Shown: positions 10,577 through 20,766, numbered from the stretch's first letter. The stretch is DNA of 64,000 bases from an uncultured Verrucomicrobiae bacterium (GCA_963718565.1 OY970364.1:1824001-1888000), one strand, 5' to 3'. The notes: generated from the letters alone by a model not told the origin. Made by a program: numbers and translations.

Positions 10577-11271
10577 CAGACTCGCTTTAAAACGGTAAAT
10601 CCATGGTTGTTCAAGCGCCGCTCATATAATGTCCATTCGGGATGACGCTGTAAAAAATCTTCAACAGCAGTCCAAAGCCCGCTCTTATTGCGGTCATATT
10701 CAGCAGGATATTCCGTATAATCTCCATGATAAGAGTTGTCATTGGTATATCCCCAGGGCTCGCTGGTGTCATGCATTGCGATATATTTGCTCACTTTAGG
10801 GGAAAATTTTTCAAGTTCGTATGTGAGATGACAGTAGGTATGCAAAGAATCGATGAACAGCAGTTCTGTGGGTACAATATCTACATTAAGATCGTCTACT
10901 TGCCAAAAACGAAATGTGATTCCATTTTCTTTTGCGAGCTGCTTAGCCAAGTTAAGCGTCTCTGGCGGAGGAGAAGCAATGTCAATACCGAGATAGTAGC
11001 GAGAAGCAGCAGGACTTTCTGATAATCCTTCCAGAATACCCCAGCTTGATACCATCGTTCTCAATCCAATTTCAACAACAGATGAGCACTCCTTAGCAAG
11101 AAAGCGCAATAGAGATACATGCTCGTTAATATCAGAGGGTGCATTGATTGCATGTTCATACTGATGTTTTAATGCAATCCGCGCAGTAGAGGGCTTGCCA
11201 TAAAGAATTGAAGTGGAAGCTAAAAAAAGGAAAGCCAGAATCCAGGCTACGGAACTATATTTTTTTTTCAT
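10576..11271 (-). CDS. Class I SAM-dependent methyltransferase (Methyltransf_24-like) with N-terminal signal or anchor
   Basis: Likely start ATG 11271 (MKKKYSSVAWILAFLFLA); SDINEH, VVEIG, LLFIDSLHTY, IAMHDT motifs. Confidence 0.7.
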   Translation of the reverse strand: MKKKYSSVAWILAFLFLASTSILYGKPSTARIALKHQYEHAINAPSDINEHVSLLRFLAKECSSVVEIGLRTMVSSWGILEGLSESPAASRYYLGIDIASPPPETLNLAKQLAKENGITFRFWQVDDLNVDIVPTELLFIDSLHTYCHLTYELEKFSPKVSKYIAMHDTSEPWGYTNDNSYHGDYTEYPAEYDRNKSGLWTAVEDFLQRHPEWTLYERRLNNHGFTVLKRV

Positions 11272-11482
11272 TGGGTTTTCCTCTGCGTTTGAGAGTTTTT
11301 GGAAAAATTTAATGATCTCAACCATTATTGCGCCGCAAGGTTTTAGGATATAATTCTCATGTTTTTCTATAAAGAGGGAATGTTCAAAGTACGTCCTCAA
11401 AAACCTATGACATTCAGTGCTTGCCATAGGTTTTTGAGGGCGTACGCAATTCCCTCTAATTTTTTTCTCTGTGGTTTCCCAT

Positions 11483-11518
11483 CTCTGTGGTAAAATCATC
11501 TATTTACGCAACAAAGCC
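11483..11518 (+). repeat. 36-bp direct repeat, copy 1
   Basis: CTCTGTGGTAAAATCATCTATTTACGCAACAAAGCC; 34/36 identical to 14246-14281. Confidence 0.85.
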
Positions 11519-11531
11519 GTCTTTTAGTGGA

Positions 11532-12473
11532 ATGAACATCAACAGCAAAATCGTTTTATCCGGAGGAGCGGGACTTGTTGGGCAAAATTTAGTCGCTTAT
11601 CTCAAACGACATCATTACAAAAATCTTGTTGTCCTTGATAAACATCGACCCAATTTAGGGATTTTACGCCAATTGCACCCTGATATTGTGGTTGAGTATG
11701 CAGATTTAGCAGAAGCGGGTTCATGGCAAGGACATTTCGAAGGGGCTGATACAGTGATTATGCTGCAGGCTCAGATTGGAGGAGCAGAGCTTGATCTATT
11801 TGTCAGGAACAATGTGACCTCTACAAACCGCATCCTGGAAATCATCAAACAGTATCAAGTCCCCTACACTGTGCATATCAGTTCATCTGTGGTTGCGTCT
11901 ATTGCAGACGACGATTATACCCACACAAAAAGGAAACAAGAACAACTGGTTTTGGAAAGCGGAGTCCATTGTGTGGTTCTTAGACCTACTTTAATGTTTG
12001 GCTGGTTTGATCGGAAACACCTGGGCTGGCTTTCACGCTTCATGCAGAAAGTGCCCATTTTCCCTATTCCTGGACATGGCCGCTACTTGCGTCAGCCTCT
12101 CTATGTGGGGGACTTTTGCAAGATTATCGCCAGCTGTATGGAGAGCCGCATTGCTGGGAAAGTTTTTAACATCTCTGGGCTGGAATATGTCGATTACATC
12201 GATATCATTCGATACATCAAACATTCTACCAAGGCTAAATGTTTGATTCTCAATATCCCTTACAAGTTATTCTCTCTGTTTCTAAAAGCATGGGCAATTT
12301 TTGATCGAAACCCTCCTTTTACTGCAGCCCAATTGAAAGCTCTCACCTCTGGAGACAAATTCGAAATCATCGACTGGCCAACTATTTTTAATGTGAAAGC
12401 AACGCCTTTTGTGCAAGCTATTGATGAAACTTTCAACGATCCCACGTATAGCCAAGTAGTATTGGAATTTTGA
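11532..12473 (+). CDS. NAD-dependent epimerase/dehydratase
   Basis: GGAGLVG Rossmann motif, YxxxK (YTHTK), LRPTLMFG; likely start ATG 11532. Confidence 0.85.
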   Translation: MNINSKIVLSGGAGLVGQNLVAYLKRHHYKNLVVLDKHRPNLGILRQLHPDIVVEYADLAEAGSWQGHFEGADTVIMLQAQIGGAELDLFVRNNVTSTNRILEIIKQYQVPYTVHISSSVVASIADDDYTHTKRKQEQLVLESGVHCVVLRPTLMFGWFDRKHLGWLSRFMQKVPIFPIPGHGRYLRQPLYVGDFCKIIASCMESRIAGKVFNISGLEYVDYIDIIRYIKHSTKAKCLILNIPYKLFSLFLKAWAIFDRNPPFTAAQLKALTSGDKFEIIDWPTIFNVKATPFVQAIDETFNDPTYSQVVLEF

Positions 12474-13777
12474 ACATGTCGAAAATAACAAGTTCCAAGC
12501 GTATCGCAGTGTTGGGTGCTGGGCCAATGGGGTTGGCCGTTGCCTATCAGCTCGTTAAAGAAGGTTGCCAACCCGTTGTTTTTGAAGCAGATGACCGTGT
12601 TGGCGGCATGACAGCTTCTTTCGATTTTAATGGCCTTCCAATAGAGCGCTACTATCATTTCCACTGCACATCGGACCATGCTTTCTTGCAAATTTTGGAT
12701 GAACTTGGAATTGCAGATAAAATGAAATGGGTGGAAACCAAGATGGGGTATTTTTATCAGCGCAAAGTGCACCCCTGGGGCAACCCTCTTGCGCTGTTGA
12801 AGTTTCCCGGTCTCAGCTTATTTGCAAAATTTCGTTATGGTTTGCATGTGTTCACCTCCACTAAACGAAACAAATGGGATTCTTTGGATAAGAAAGAAGC
12901 GACAAGTTGGATCAAAGGTTGGGTAGGTGAAGAAGCTTACGAAATTTTGTGGCGCAAGCTTTTTGAGTACAAATTCTATACTTATGCTAATCAACTTTCC
13001 GCAGCTTGGATCTGGAGTCGGATTCGACGTACGGGTCGTTCCCGTTATGATCTTTTTCGTGAAAAATTAGGGCATTTAGAAGGTGGCTCTGAACTTTTGC
13101 TGCAAGCGCTAAAGAAGTACATTGAATCCAATAACGGCGAGATCCGCTTGAAAAACCCAGTATCTCGAGTCATTATTGAAAATGAACAAGTGAAAGGTAT
13201 TGAATCAGACAGAAAGATGGAAAAATTCGAAAAAGTGATCAGCACAGTCCCTTCGCCCTATTTGCCCAAACTAATACCCGATCTTCCTGAAAACATTTTA
13301 AACGCTTTCCGAGCTGTTAAAAACATTGCTGTTGTCTGTGTGGTAGCCAAGCTCAAACGACAAGTGACGGAAAATTTTTGGCTCAATATCAATGATCCAG
13401 ACATGGATATCCCAGGTTTAGTGGAATACACAAATTTGCGTCCGCTTTCACAACATGTTGTCTACGTTCCTTTTTATATGCCTGGCGAACATCCCAAATT
13501 TCAAGAGCCCGATCAGAACTTTTTAGATAAAGTGCGCCGCTATTTATGCATCATCAATCCAAAAATTCAAGAGGACGATTTTATCGATATTCGAGCAAGC
13601 CGTTATCGCTATGCTCAGCCCATCTGCTTCCCTAATCATCTTAAAGGGTTGCCGTCAACCCAATTACCAGTAGAGGGTCTATGGGCGGCCGATACGTCCT
13701 ATTATTACCCAGAAGATCGCGGCATTTCTGAAAGCATTGAATTTGGTCGAAATCTTGCAAGACAGGCAATCTCTTGA
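12470..13777 (+). CDS. FAD-dependent oxidoreductase (HemY/amine-oxidase-like, glycan-cluster type)
   Basis: AVLGAGPMGL, EADDRVGG, ERYYH, YPEDRG motifs. Confidence 0.82.
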   Translation: MNMSKITSSKRIAVLGAGPMGLAVAYQLVKEGCQPVVFEADDRVGGMTASFDFNGLPIERYYHFHCTSDHAFLQILDELGIADKMKWVETKMGYFYQRKVHPWGNPLALLKFPGLSLFAKFRYGLHVFTSTKRNKWDSLDKKEATSWIKGWVGEEAYEILWRKLFEYKFYTYANQLSAAWIWSRIRRTGRSRYDLFREKLGHLEGGSELLLQALKKYIESNNGEIRLKNPVSRVIIENEQVKGIESDRKMEKFEKVISTVPSPYLPKLIPDLPENILNAFRAVKNIAVVCVVAKLKRQVTENFWLNINDPDMDIPGLVEYTNLRPLSQHVVYVPFYMPGEHPKFQEPDQNFLDKVRRYLCIINPKIQEDDFIDIRASRYRYAQPICFPNHLKGLPSTQLPVEGLWAADTSYYYPEDRGISESIEFGRNLARQAIS

Positions 13778-14187
13778 TCCGAAGTTTTTTATCTAAACAA
13801 TTTGTTTTATTTTTATTCGCGGGAGGAATAGCAGCGGCAATTAACTTTGGCAGCAGAATTCTCTACAATCGTTGGATGGATTTCTCCATTGCCATTATTG
13901 TTGCTTATCTCACGGGAATGATAACGGCATTTATTCTGGCAAAGTTATTTGTTTTCAAAGAAAGTGAGCAGCAAATACGGCGTTCCGCATGGATTTTTTC
14001 TTTGGTCAATCTCATTGCCGTTGCTCAAACTTGGTGCATTAGCCTTGCCTTTGCTTACTTTTTACCTATAATCGGGGTCGCAGAATACGTTCATGAAATC
14101 TCTCATGGCATAGGCGTAATGATTCCTGTTTTCACGAGCTATATCGGACACAAACGCTGGTCCTTCCGTTATACGGCGCGCGATTAG
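13774..14187 (+). CDS. GtrA-family lipid-linked sugar flippase
   Basis: 137 aa, 4 TM; FLFAGGIAAAINF, AFILAKLFVF, SYIGHKRWSF. Confidence 0.85.
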   Translation: MIRSFLSKQFVLFLFAGGIAAAINFGSRILYNRWMDFSIAIIVAYLTGMITAFILAKLFVFKESEQQIRRSAWIFSLVNLIAVAQTWCISLAFAYFLPIIGVAEYVHEISHGIGVMIPVFTSYIGHKRWSFRYTARD

Positions 14188-14245
14188 GTTTGGTGAATTT
14201 TGACAGGCTGCGACTTTGCCAAATCGATCCTTCTCGCTCGCCTTG

Positions 14246-14281
14246 CTCTGTGGTGAAATTATCTATTTACGCAACAAAGCC
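14246..14281 (+). repeat. 36-bp direct repeat, copy 2
   Basis: CTCTGTGGTGAAATTATCTATTTACGCAACAAAGCC. Confidence 0.85.
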
Positions 14282-14376
14282 ATTTAGAATACAATTTCTG
14301 TACGTCATGATGCCTGTATACCCTTCGTGGATGAAAAATGTGACATATGTTTAAAGACTACATCAAGGGGATTTAA

Positions 14377-15318
14377 ATGTTGAAAATTGCCAAACTGTTG
14401 GTTGCAGCAGTACTATTTCTCGTTTCGTTTTCTGCTTATAGCACAGAAGAAACTCCTCTGGGCTACTTCCAATTGGCAAAGCATAAAAAAACAGAAAAAA
14501 AGAAAAAGCATAAAAAAAAGTACAATCAGCAGAAATATGAACTTACACTATGCTGTATTACACGAGATGAAGCTGAATATCTTCCAGAATGGATTGAATT
14601 TCATATCAAACAGGGCATAGAACATATTTATATTTATGATAATTTAACAATCGTTAATTTGCATGATGCTCTTCAAGAATACGTTCAACAAGGGCTGATT
14701 GACATTATCAGTTGGCCTTATGAGCATGATGACGACTCCTCTTGGGGGCGGATTCAACTCTCCTGTTATAGGAATTATCTTCAAGCTTATGGAAAAGAAA
14801 CAGAATGGTGTGCTTTTATCGACACCGATGAATTTTTATTCTGCCCTGATGGAAAAAATCTAAGAGAATTTCTAAAGAGTTATAGAGGATATCAGGAACT
14901 GATGGTTTGTTGGATTATCTATGGCACTAGCGGTGTATGGCAGGCTCCTCAGGGTAAGTTAATACAGACATTATTACATCGTGGAAATGATCATTTTTGG
15001 TTAGCGATGAAACCCATTGTTAAAACCCGCGATGTCACTCGTATTCAAAGCATGCATTATTTTGACGTTCGCACCCCGTCTCTTGTCATCGATGAGAATT
15101 TTCGACCCTTAAGTTCTATTGAGGGAGGATACTGTCCAAAAATTCAATCGGTGAATAAAATTCGAATCAATCATTATGTATTTAGAGATGGAAAGTTTTT
15201 TGAAGAAGTGAAAATTCCAAGATATTTAAAGCGCGGTGTAAGCAGGGAAGGTGCGTTGGATTTTGAGTCAGTAACGAATAGGGTTTACGATGACAGCATC
15301 CTAAGAGTGTGTCGTTGA
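14377..15318 (+). CDS. GT92/DUF23-like glycosyltransferase with signal peptide
   Basis: EAEYLPEWIEFH...IYIYDN, WCAFIDTDEFL, RINHY motifs; N-terminal signal peptide and Lys-rich linker. Confidence 0.8.
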   Translation: MLKIAKLLVAAVLFLVSFSAYSTEETPLGYFQLAKHKKTEKKKKHKKKYNQQKYELTLCCITRDEAEYLPEWIEFHIKQGIEHIYIYDNLTIVNLHDALQEYVQQGLIDIISWPYEHDDDSSWGRIQLSCYRNYLQAYGKETEWCAFIDTDEFLFCPDGKNLREFLKSYRGYQELMVCWIIYGTSGVWQAPQGKLIQTLLHRGNDHFWLAMKPIVKTRDVTRIQSMHYFDVRTPSLVIDENFRPLSSIEGGYCPKIQSVNKIRINHYVFRDGKFFEEVKIPRYLKRGVSREGALDFESVTNRVYDDSILRVCR

Positions 15319-17223
15319 AAATTGTCTCAGTGTTAATTTGTAAGATTTTTCCCAACAACGCAAGTTTCCATTTATTTTAATGCTTTTTACTAATTTTTTC
15401 TGTGTGTATTCGGTATTGGATGTGATAAAAGAGAAGAAATCAGATGTGTTTTCGACGAGTGGGGAAATCAAAAACTTTGATTTTGCCATAGTAGATATAA
15501 GTCTATAAGTGATTTCTTTGCCATCAACAAGTTGAAAAGTGATATGTAACTCTGAAGGTTTAAATAAAATAGAAGCTATCTTCCCAATAATTTTTTGTTT
15601 TAATTCTACTTCAGCATATAAATGATTTTCAAGAGCTGGTATAACCACATAATCATTAATGCTGTGTTCGCTGCAGTATACTTTTGTTTCTACATAATCT
15701 TTCTGAATTGATTTTTTTGTTTTTAAGTAAATGAGATCGTTCTCAAATTTTTCTGCATGATAATTGCTGAATAGTGTCGGCCAACTTAAGCCGTCTTCGA
15801 GGCTTGGCAAGCGTCCATCAATGGGTTCAATGCGGAATAAAATATTTTCGGGCGCATTTTTGCTCCGTAGATGCGCTTCATTCAATTGAGCAAGTTCAGG
15901 TGTATATGCGGAATAGCTTTGAAAGATAGGGCGTAAAGAAAATGTGTTTTTCGAAGAAAGCAAGTGCGATTGTTGATAAGAATAAATATCCGAAGAACCC
16001 GTTAGTTTCGGGAGGGGAAGTTCCTTTTGCATGTGATTTAAACGTTTGATAAACTTTTTTTCGAGTTTGTTTCTTGAAGACAGCCTGATTTGCAAACCTT
16101 TTCCGACATTGGAATATGCATGGAATACATTATTAAAAACATAACTCGATGAAGTTCTAAAGTGATTTTGGTCGATATATGTCCATGTTGTGATAGATAA
16201 AAGTATTATAGCAATGGAGTATTTTTCATTTAAATGAATTGTCATTAATAATAAAGCAACAATGACGATAAAAGGAGCAGGAATAGCAGCAGCATGACCA
16301 TCATGCCGAATGAACCCTGCTTTGAATGCAACGAATAAAAAAAATGCAAAAGATAAAATTAAAACAAATTTGTGAGTAAAACTATCGAATTTATTTAAGG
16401 CAAGAACAGATAGAATAATAAATGAAGTTAAAATGTACAAAACAATTTCGTGATTGTTTCCAGAGATGGCCATTGCTTCCGTATATCCGGAGATGATGTG
16501 GCGTAAATGGATGAAATATTGAGGCAATGCAGATAGAGGTTGCCCAGAAAGTGTCCAGAATACAATTCCTCCTATGATAGGAGATAGGAAAGCGGCATAG
16601 GCGAGTGTCTTATGTTTGTGAGACCAGAATAAAATGAAAGATAAGATTGTTGTTAAAGCGCATAGGGGAAGAAGAGACCCCTTGATGAGGAGTAGCAGAC
16701 CAAGCGCGGAAAAGTAAAAGGGAAATAAAATAGGTGCATACTTTGGAAAAGTGGGTTGTTGATGATTTAGAGCCGAGGAGAATCGATAAACAACAAGGGT
16801 TAGGATCAAGGGATAAGAGAAGAGAATAGAGTCTTGTGTATATAAAAAGCCTGCGATAAACACAGAATAAGCTAACACCCACAGAAACCGTGTTCTAGCC
16901 AGAAAAAATAGAGTGGATGCATAACAAATGGCTAGGAATAAACTCCCAAAAAGCATCAATGAATCGGTTTGTGGATGATATGTTTTGGTGTAAATGGATG
17001 CATAAGGGCCAAAAGTAAATATGATATCTTTGCCAAATACCCATCCTTGAGCAATAGCCTCATTGACTGTGAACACCCAAGAGGGATCGAGCCCAGAGGA
17101 TGGCAATGCGGGATTGAGAGGAACAATCACTGCTATCGAAGTTAATAATAGCAATATTCCAATTAAGGATGTTTTAGCAAAGCAGAATAATTTTGAATCA
17201 TTAGACATGCCATTGACATTCAT
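15301..17223 (-). CDS. Polytopic membrane protein, candidate GT-C (arabinofuranosyl) transferase
   Basis: Many TM segments plus a large soluble C-terminal domain; first loop carries GLDPSW...FGKDIIFTFGP; directly downstream of the dprE2-like gene. Confidence 0.5.
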   Translation of the reverse strand: MNVNGMSNDSKLFCFAKTSLIGILLLLTSIAVIVPLNPALPSSGLDPSWVFTVNEAIAQGWVFGKDIIFTFGPYASIYTKTYHPQTDSLMLFGSLFLAICYASTLFFLARTRFLWVLAYSVFIAGFLYTQDSILFSYPLILTLVVYRFSSALNHQQPTFPKYAPILFPFYFSALGLLLLIKGSLLPLCALTTILSFILFWSHKHKTLAYAAFLSPIIGGIVFWTLSGQPLSALPQYFIHLRHIISGYTEAMAISGNNHEIVLYILTSFIILSVLALNKFDSFTHKFVLILSFAFFLFVAFKAGFIRHDGHAAAIPAPFIVIVALLLMTIHLNEKYSIAIILLSITTWTYIDQNHFRTSSSYVFNNVFHAYSNVGKGLQIRLSSRNKLEKKFIKRLNHMQKELPLPKLTGSSDIYSYQQSHLLSSKNTFSLRPIFQSYSAYTPELAQLNEAHLRSKNAPENILFRIEPIDGRLPSLEDGLSWPTLFSNYHAEKFENDLIYLKTKKSIQKDYVETKVYCSEHSINDYVVIPALENHLYAEVELKQKIIGKIASILFKPSELHITFQLVDGKEITYRLISTMAKSKFLISPLVENTSDFFSFITSNTEYTQKKLVKSIKINGNLRCWEKSYKLTLRQFSTTHS

Positions 17224-17978
17224 GTTTTTAGTTTTTTAAAAATAGCGTTTGGAATGTTTTTAATGATCCACATAATTTCCATCCAAAAATGGGGAGTGTA
17301 GAGGGTATTTTTTTTTCTGTGGATGGCGTGCACGATATCTTTAGCAACCTTCTCAGGAGTTGCCACTAGAAATGGCGGAAACGATAGCCCCTGTGTCATC
17401 GGAGTGTCTACGAGGCCTGGCTTGATCGTGAGAACATGGACACCTGCTTTAAACAGCCTCGCCCTTAATCCTTCACAAAAAGCAGTCACAGCTGCTTTGG
17501 CGGTCCCATATAGATAATTGGATGGCCGGCCGCGCTCTCCGGCAACTGAAGAAATGACTGCAATCGTTCCTGATGGGATTTTTTCCATGCGGTTTGCCAA
17601 TAATGTAAGCAGAGAAATGACGCTCAGCCCATTGTTGGAAAATTCTTTCAGCGCGATTTCAGCATCCCGTTCACAAGCCTGTTGATCAGGCAATGACCCG
17701 TGTGCGACTAGAGCAATGTCTATTTGTCCAAGAGAATGATAGCAGGCGTCGAGCATCGCATTGTGATTGGAAAATTGATTGACGTCAAGAATATGTGTGG
17801 TGATGTCGCTAGCACCTCGTGCAAGTAGGTCTTGGGAAACATGGTGCAGTTTTTCAGAATTCCTTCCGACGAGGAAAAATTGAGCTTTTTCTTTGGCCCA
17901 TTTGCGAGCACAAGCAGATGCGATTGCGGAAGTTGCTCCGACAATCAATATTTTTTGTGAAGACGTTGTTTTTTTCAT
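17220..17978 (-). CDS. SDR oxidoreductase, DprE2-like
   Basis: Likely start ATG 17978; GATSAIA, SSVAGERGRPSNYLYGTAKA, KPGLVDTPMT. Confidence 0.85.
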   Translation of the reverse strand: MKKTTSSQKILIVGATSAIASACARKWAKEKAQFFLVGRNSEKLHHVSQDLLARGASDITTHILDVNQFSNHNAMLDACYHSLGQIDIALVAHGSLPDQQACERDAEIALKEFSNNGLSVISLLTLLANRMEKIPSGTIAVISSVAGERGRPSNYLYGTAKAAVTAFCEGLRARLFKAGVHVLTIKPGLVDTPMTQGLSFPPFLVATPEKVAKDIVHAIHRKKNTLYTPHFWMEIMWIIKNIPNAIFKKLKT

Positions 17979-17995
17979 AACCTGAATTTTGGTTT

Positions 17996-19312
17996 CTATA
18001 GGATGACTCTTTTCCAAAAACGTGAACATAATGCGGGGTCGCGCAGGGCTTCGACTTGTTCCCAAGCGGGATAAAAATGACGAAAATCTTCCGCAGTCAT
18101 ATGGGCGTCTTTTGCGGGATATAGCCTTCCCCCGGCTTGCCGCACAATGGCGTCCAAGCGAGGAAACAATGTATTCAGTTTTTCTTTTTGCGGGAAATCC
18201 AAAGCTAAAGAAGTGCCTGGAAAGGGAAATGAGAGCAGGCCTGGAGAGGCAACATTGCCGCAACGTTTCAAGATTGCCAGGAATGATCCGCTTTCGGCAG
18301 CTACGACTAGATCTAACAGTTCCCGGATCGCAGATCGTGCGGAACGATCAGGAATGACACATTGATATTGCTGAAAACCACGCAGCCCGTAAATCCGATT
18401 CCAATGCAAAATGCGGTCCAAAGGATAAAAAAATGGCTCATAGCTGATCGCACTTCTGTTTCTTCCGGCCTTGTGCGCGCGGTAATAGATCGCATTGAAC
18501 ATGCGCAATGTCCAGGGATTAATCGCTGAGATAGGTGGAGTAAAGGGAACACGACTTTTCCGAGTATTATCTAGAGATAGACGGCCGCTTTTCGAATGAT
18601 CGCCTACAATGTATACCCCGCGTCCTGTAGAACATCCTTGAGCAACGCAATCGATCCAGGCTACTGTGTACTCGTGCTTCTCATCCAATTCAGCGGACAA
18701 TGCGAAAAACTCATTTAAAGAATCAAAACGAATATGCATGGCATCGATCACGCTGGATTGAATAGGCATGAGTTTTAGTTCGAGCCACTCGATAATTCCT
18801 GTGAGCCCTAGCCCGCCAATTGTTGCTGCAAAAAGATCTGCATTTTCTTCTTTAGAACAGATTGCTGAAGCACGGTCTGAGCGCACCAAGCTAAACCTGG
18901 CGACGTGCTGGCCGAAAGTCCCGCGTTTATGATGATTTTTTCCGTGGATATCATTTGCCAACGCCCCGCCCAAAGTCACGAATTTAGTCCCAGGAGTGAC
19001 AGGAAGGAACCATCCTCGAGGAATTGCCGCTACGAGCAACTCTTCTAAAGTCATCCCCGCTTCGGCAATCACGATCCCATTTTTCCAATCAGCGCTCATA
19101 AAACGATCCAATGACCTTAGATGCACGACTTGGTCGCTAGCTGCCAGGCAGCTATCGCCGTAGCTGCGGCCATTTCCAAAAGGCAGCACTCCAGAATGAT
19201 CTGCCTTAAGCTGAGCCAGCAGGTTTGATAAATCCGATCGCCAATAACAGGGGTGAGGAGTTTGAGGAAAGGAAGGAAAGAGTCCCCACGACATCAATTT
19301 TCTGCGTTTCAT
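17996..19312 (-). CDS. FAD-binding oxidoreductase, DprE1-like
   Basis: GNGRSYGD, PVTPGTKFVTLGGALANDIHGKNHH, GGLGLTG, GGRLYPAKDA; ATGA overlap with the ubiA-like gene. Confidence 0.9.
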   Translation of the reverse strand: MKRRKLMSWGLFPSFPQTPHPCYWRSDLSNLLAQLKADHSGVLPFGNGRSYGDSCLAASDQVVHLRSLDRFMSADWKNGIVIAEAGMTLEELLVAAIPRGWFLPVTPGTKFVTLGGALANDIHGKNHHKRGTFGQHVARFSLVRSDRASAICSKEENADLFAATIGGLGLTGIIEWLELKLMPIQSSVIDAMHIRFDSLNEFFALSAELDEKHEYTVAWIDCVAQGCSTGRGVYIVGDHSKSGRLSLDNTRKSRVPFTPPISAINPWTLRMFNAIYYRAHKAGRNRSAISYEPFFYPLDRILHWNRIYGLRGFQQYQCVIPDRSARSAIRELLDLVVAAESGSFLAILKRCGNVASPGLLSFPFPGTSLALDFPQKEKLNTLFPRLDAIVRQAGGRLYPAKDAHMTAEDFRHFYPAWEQVEALRDPALCSRFWKRVIL

Positions 19313-20766
19313 AGTGCAAGCCAAAATATCACACCAAATAGGATTGCAACAATCACACTGATGCGATCTTTCATTGCAAAAACGATCGGATCATCGTGCA
19401 TTTGCCCGCGATGAGTGAGGAGCCAAGTTCGGCTAATCCAATACAGAAGCAAAGGACATGCAAGCCAGATCAGCTTGGGATGCTTGTAAAGGCTAACGAT
19501 CGACTGATCTTGGATATAAAGCGCCAAGACCATCACGGAAAGGTATCCTGAAGCAGCGCCAAGCGATGAAATCATGTGAAGATCATCTGGGCAATAACCG
19601 CGTCCTCGTGTCTTTTCCATCTTTGCTTTATTGTCAGCCTCTCTTAATAACTCTGCATAGCGTTTCACTAAAGCTAAACTTAAGAAAATGAACATGGAAA
19701 AGGCCAGCATCCAGAATGTTAATGTCAATCCGCAAACAAAAACGCCAGCGACAATGCGAAGAGTATAAAGCATCGCAAGAGCGATCACATCCGTGACCAT
19801 TCTTCGCTTAAAAAGAAAAGAATACATTAAGGTTAAAGCAAAATAAACTCCCAATGCCACGGAAAATTTCCAAGGTAAAAAATATAATGCATTCGCAAAT
19901 GCTAAAAAAAGCAAACCGGGAAAGGCTAAAAGCCCAGATTTAATGGATAATTGTCCCGAAGCGAAAGGACGATACTGTTTCGTGCGATGATAACGATCAT
20001 CTGCAAGATCCAGCAAGTCATTAAGCACATAGACACTAGAAGCGCAAAGGCCAAATAATAGAAAGGCAAAAAGGCACTTTAAAATCAAATGGGGATTAAC
20101 GACTTGATGGCTAGCTAAAAGAGGTACAAAAATGAGCAGGTTCTTCAACCATTGATGCAGTCGCAGGGCTTTGGACCAAACTTGCAAAGAAACGGAGTGG
20201 GTATTGATGACACGCTCGACATTGCCATGGATTTGCGCACGAGATTGAACACCTCGTTCGGGATTAACGAGGTATGCCAGACGTGCGGTCGCTAAGACGG
20301 GGATATCCTCCTGAGAGTTCCCTGCATAGTCAAATCCCTCTTTACCAAATTTTTTAACGAGCAAATCTCTCTTTGTAAAAGCAGAGAGATTGATTTTTCC
20401 TTCCGTTGCAAAAACGTGATCAAATAGGTTGAGATAGGAAGCGATTTGCTCTGCATAAATTTTATGACTTGCAGTTGCTAAAATGATTTGGCGCCCTTTT
20501 AATTTTTCTTCTTCGATTAACTTGATGACCTGTGAATTGTAGGGAAGATTGGCAACATCGATGGGAATAGTTGTTGCAAGTTGTTCTTTTAAATGTGCTT
20601 TTCCCAGAGTTAACCATTTAAATGGCAAGAAAATTCTCAATGGCTGCGATCTAAAAAAAATAAGACCAGATTCTAATAATAAATCTGAATAAATTAGTGT
20701 GCCGTCTAGATCGATAACAAGAGGAGGGATACTCACAGATTCCTTAATCAAATCACAAAAAATCAA
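19309..20766 (-). CDS. HAD-domain plus UbiA-family prenyltransferase (polyprenyl-phosphate phosphoribosyltransferase-like)
   Basis: N-terminal DLDGTL HAD domain; LRLHQWLKNLL, YVLNDLLDLADDRYH..K.RPFASG, KRYAE, MHDDP motifs. Exact start uncertain. Confidence 0.88.
   Translation of the reverse strand: MIFCDLIKESVSIPPLVIDLDGTLIYSDLLLESGLIFFRSQPLRIFLPFKWLTLGKAHLKEQLATTIPIDVANLPYNSQVIKLIEEEKLKGRQIILATASHKIYAEQIASYLNLFDHVFATEGKINLSAFTKRDLLVKKFGKEGFDYAGNSQEDIPVLATARLAYLVNPERGVQSRAQIHGNVERVINTHSVSLQVWSKALRLHQWLKNLLIFVPLLASHQVVNPHLILKCLFAFLLFGLCASSVYVLNDLLDLADDRYHRTKQYRPFASGQLSIKSGLLAFPGLLFLAFANALYFLPWKFSVALGVYFALTLMYSFLFKRRMVTDVIALAMLYTLRIVAGVFVCGLTLTFWMLAFSMFIFLSLALVKRYAELLREADNKAKMEKTRGRGYCPDDLHMISSLGAASGYLSVMVLALYIQDQSIVSLYKHPKLIWLACPLLLYWISRTWLLTHRGQMHDDPIVFAMKDRISVIVAILFGVIFWLAL

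Noticed and set aside
11272..11499. N-terminal extension of the 307-aa ORF
   Set aside because: It runs through intergenic repeat fragments; ATG 11271 gives a clean signal-type start.
17979..18263. N-terminal extension of the 347-aa SDR ORF
   Set aside because: It overlaps the DprE1-like gene in another frame; the SDR motif begins after ATG 17978.
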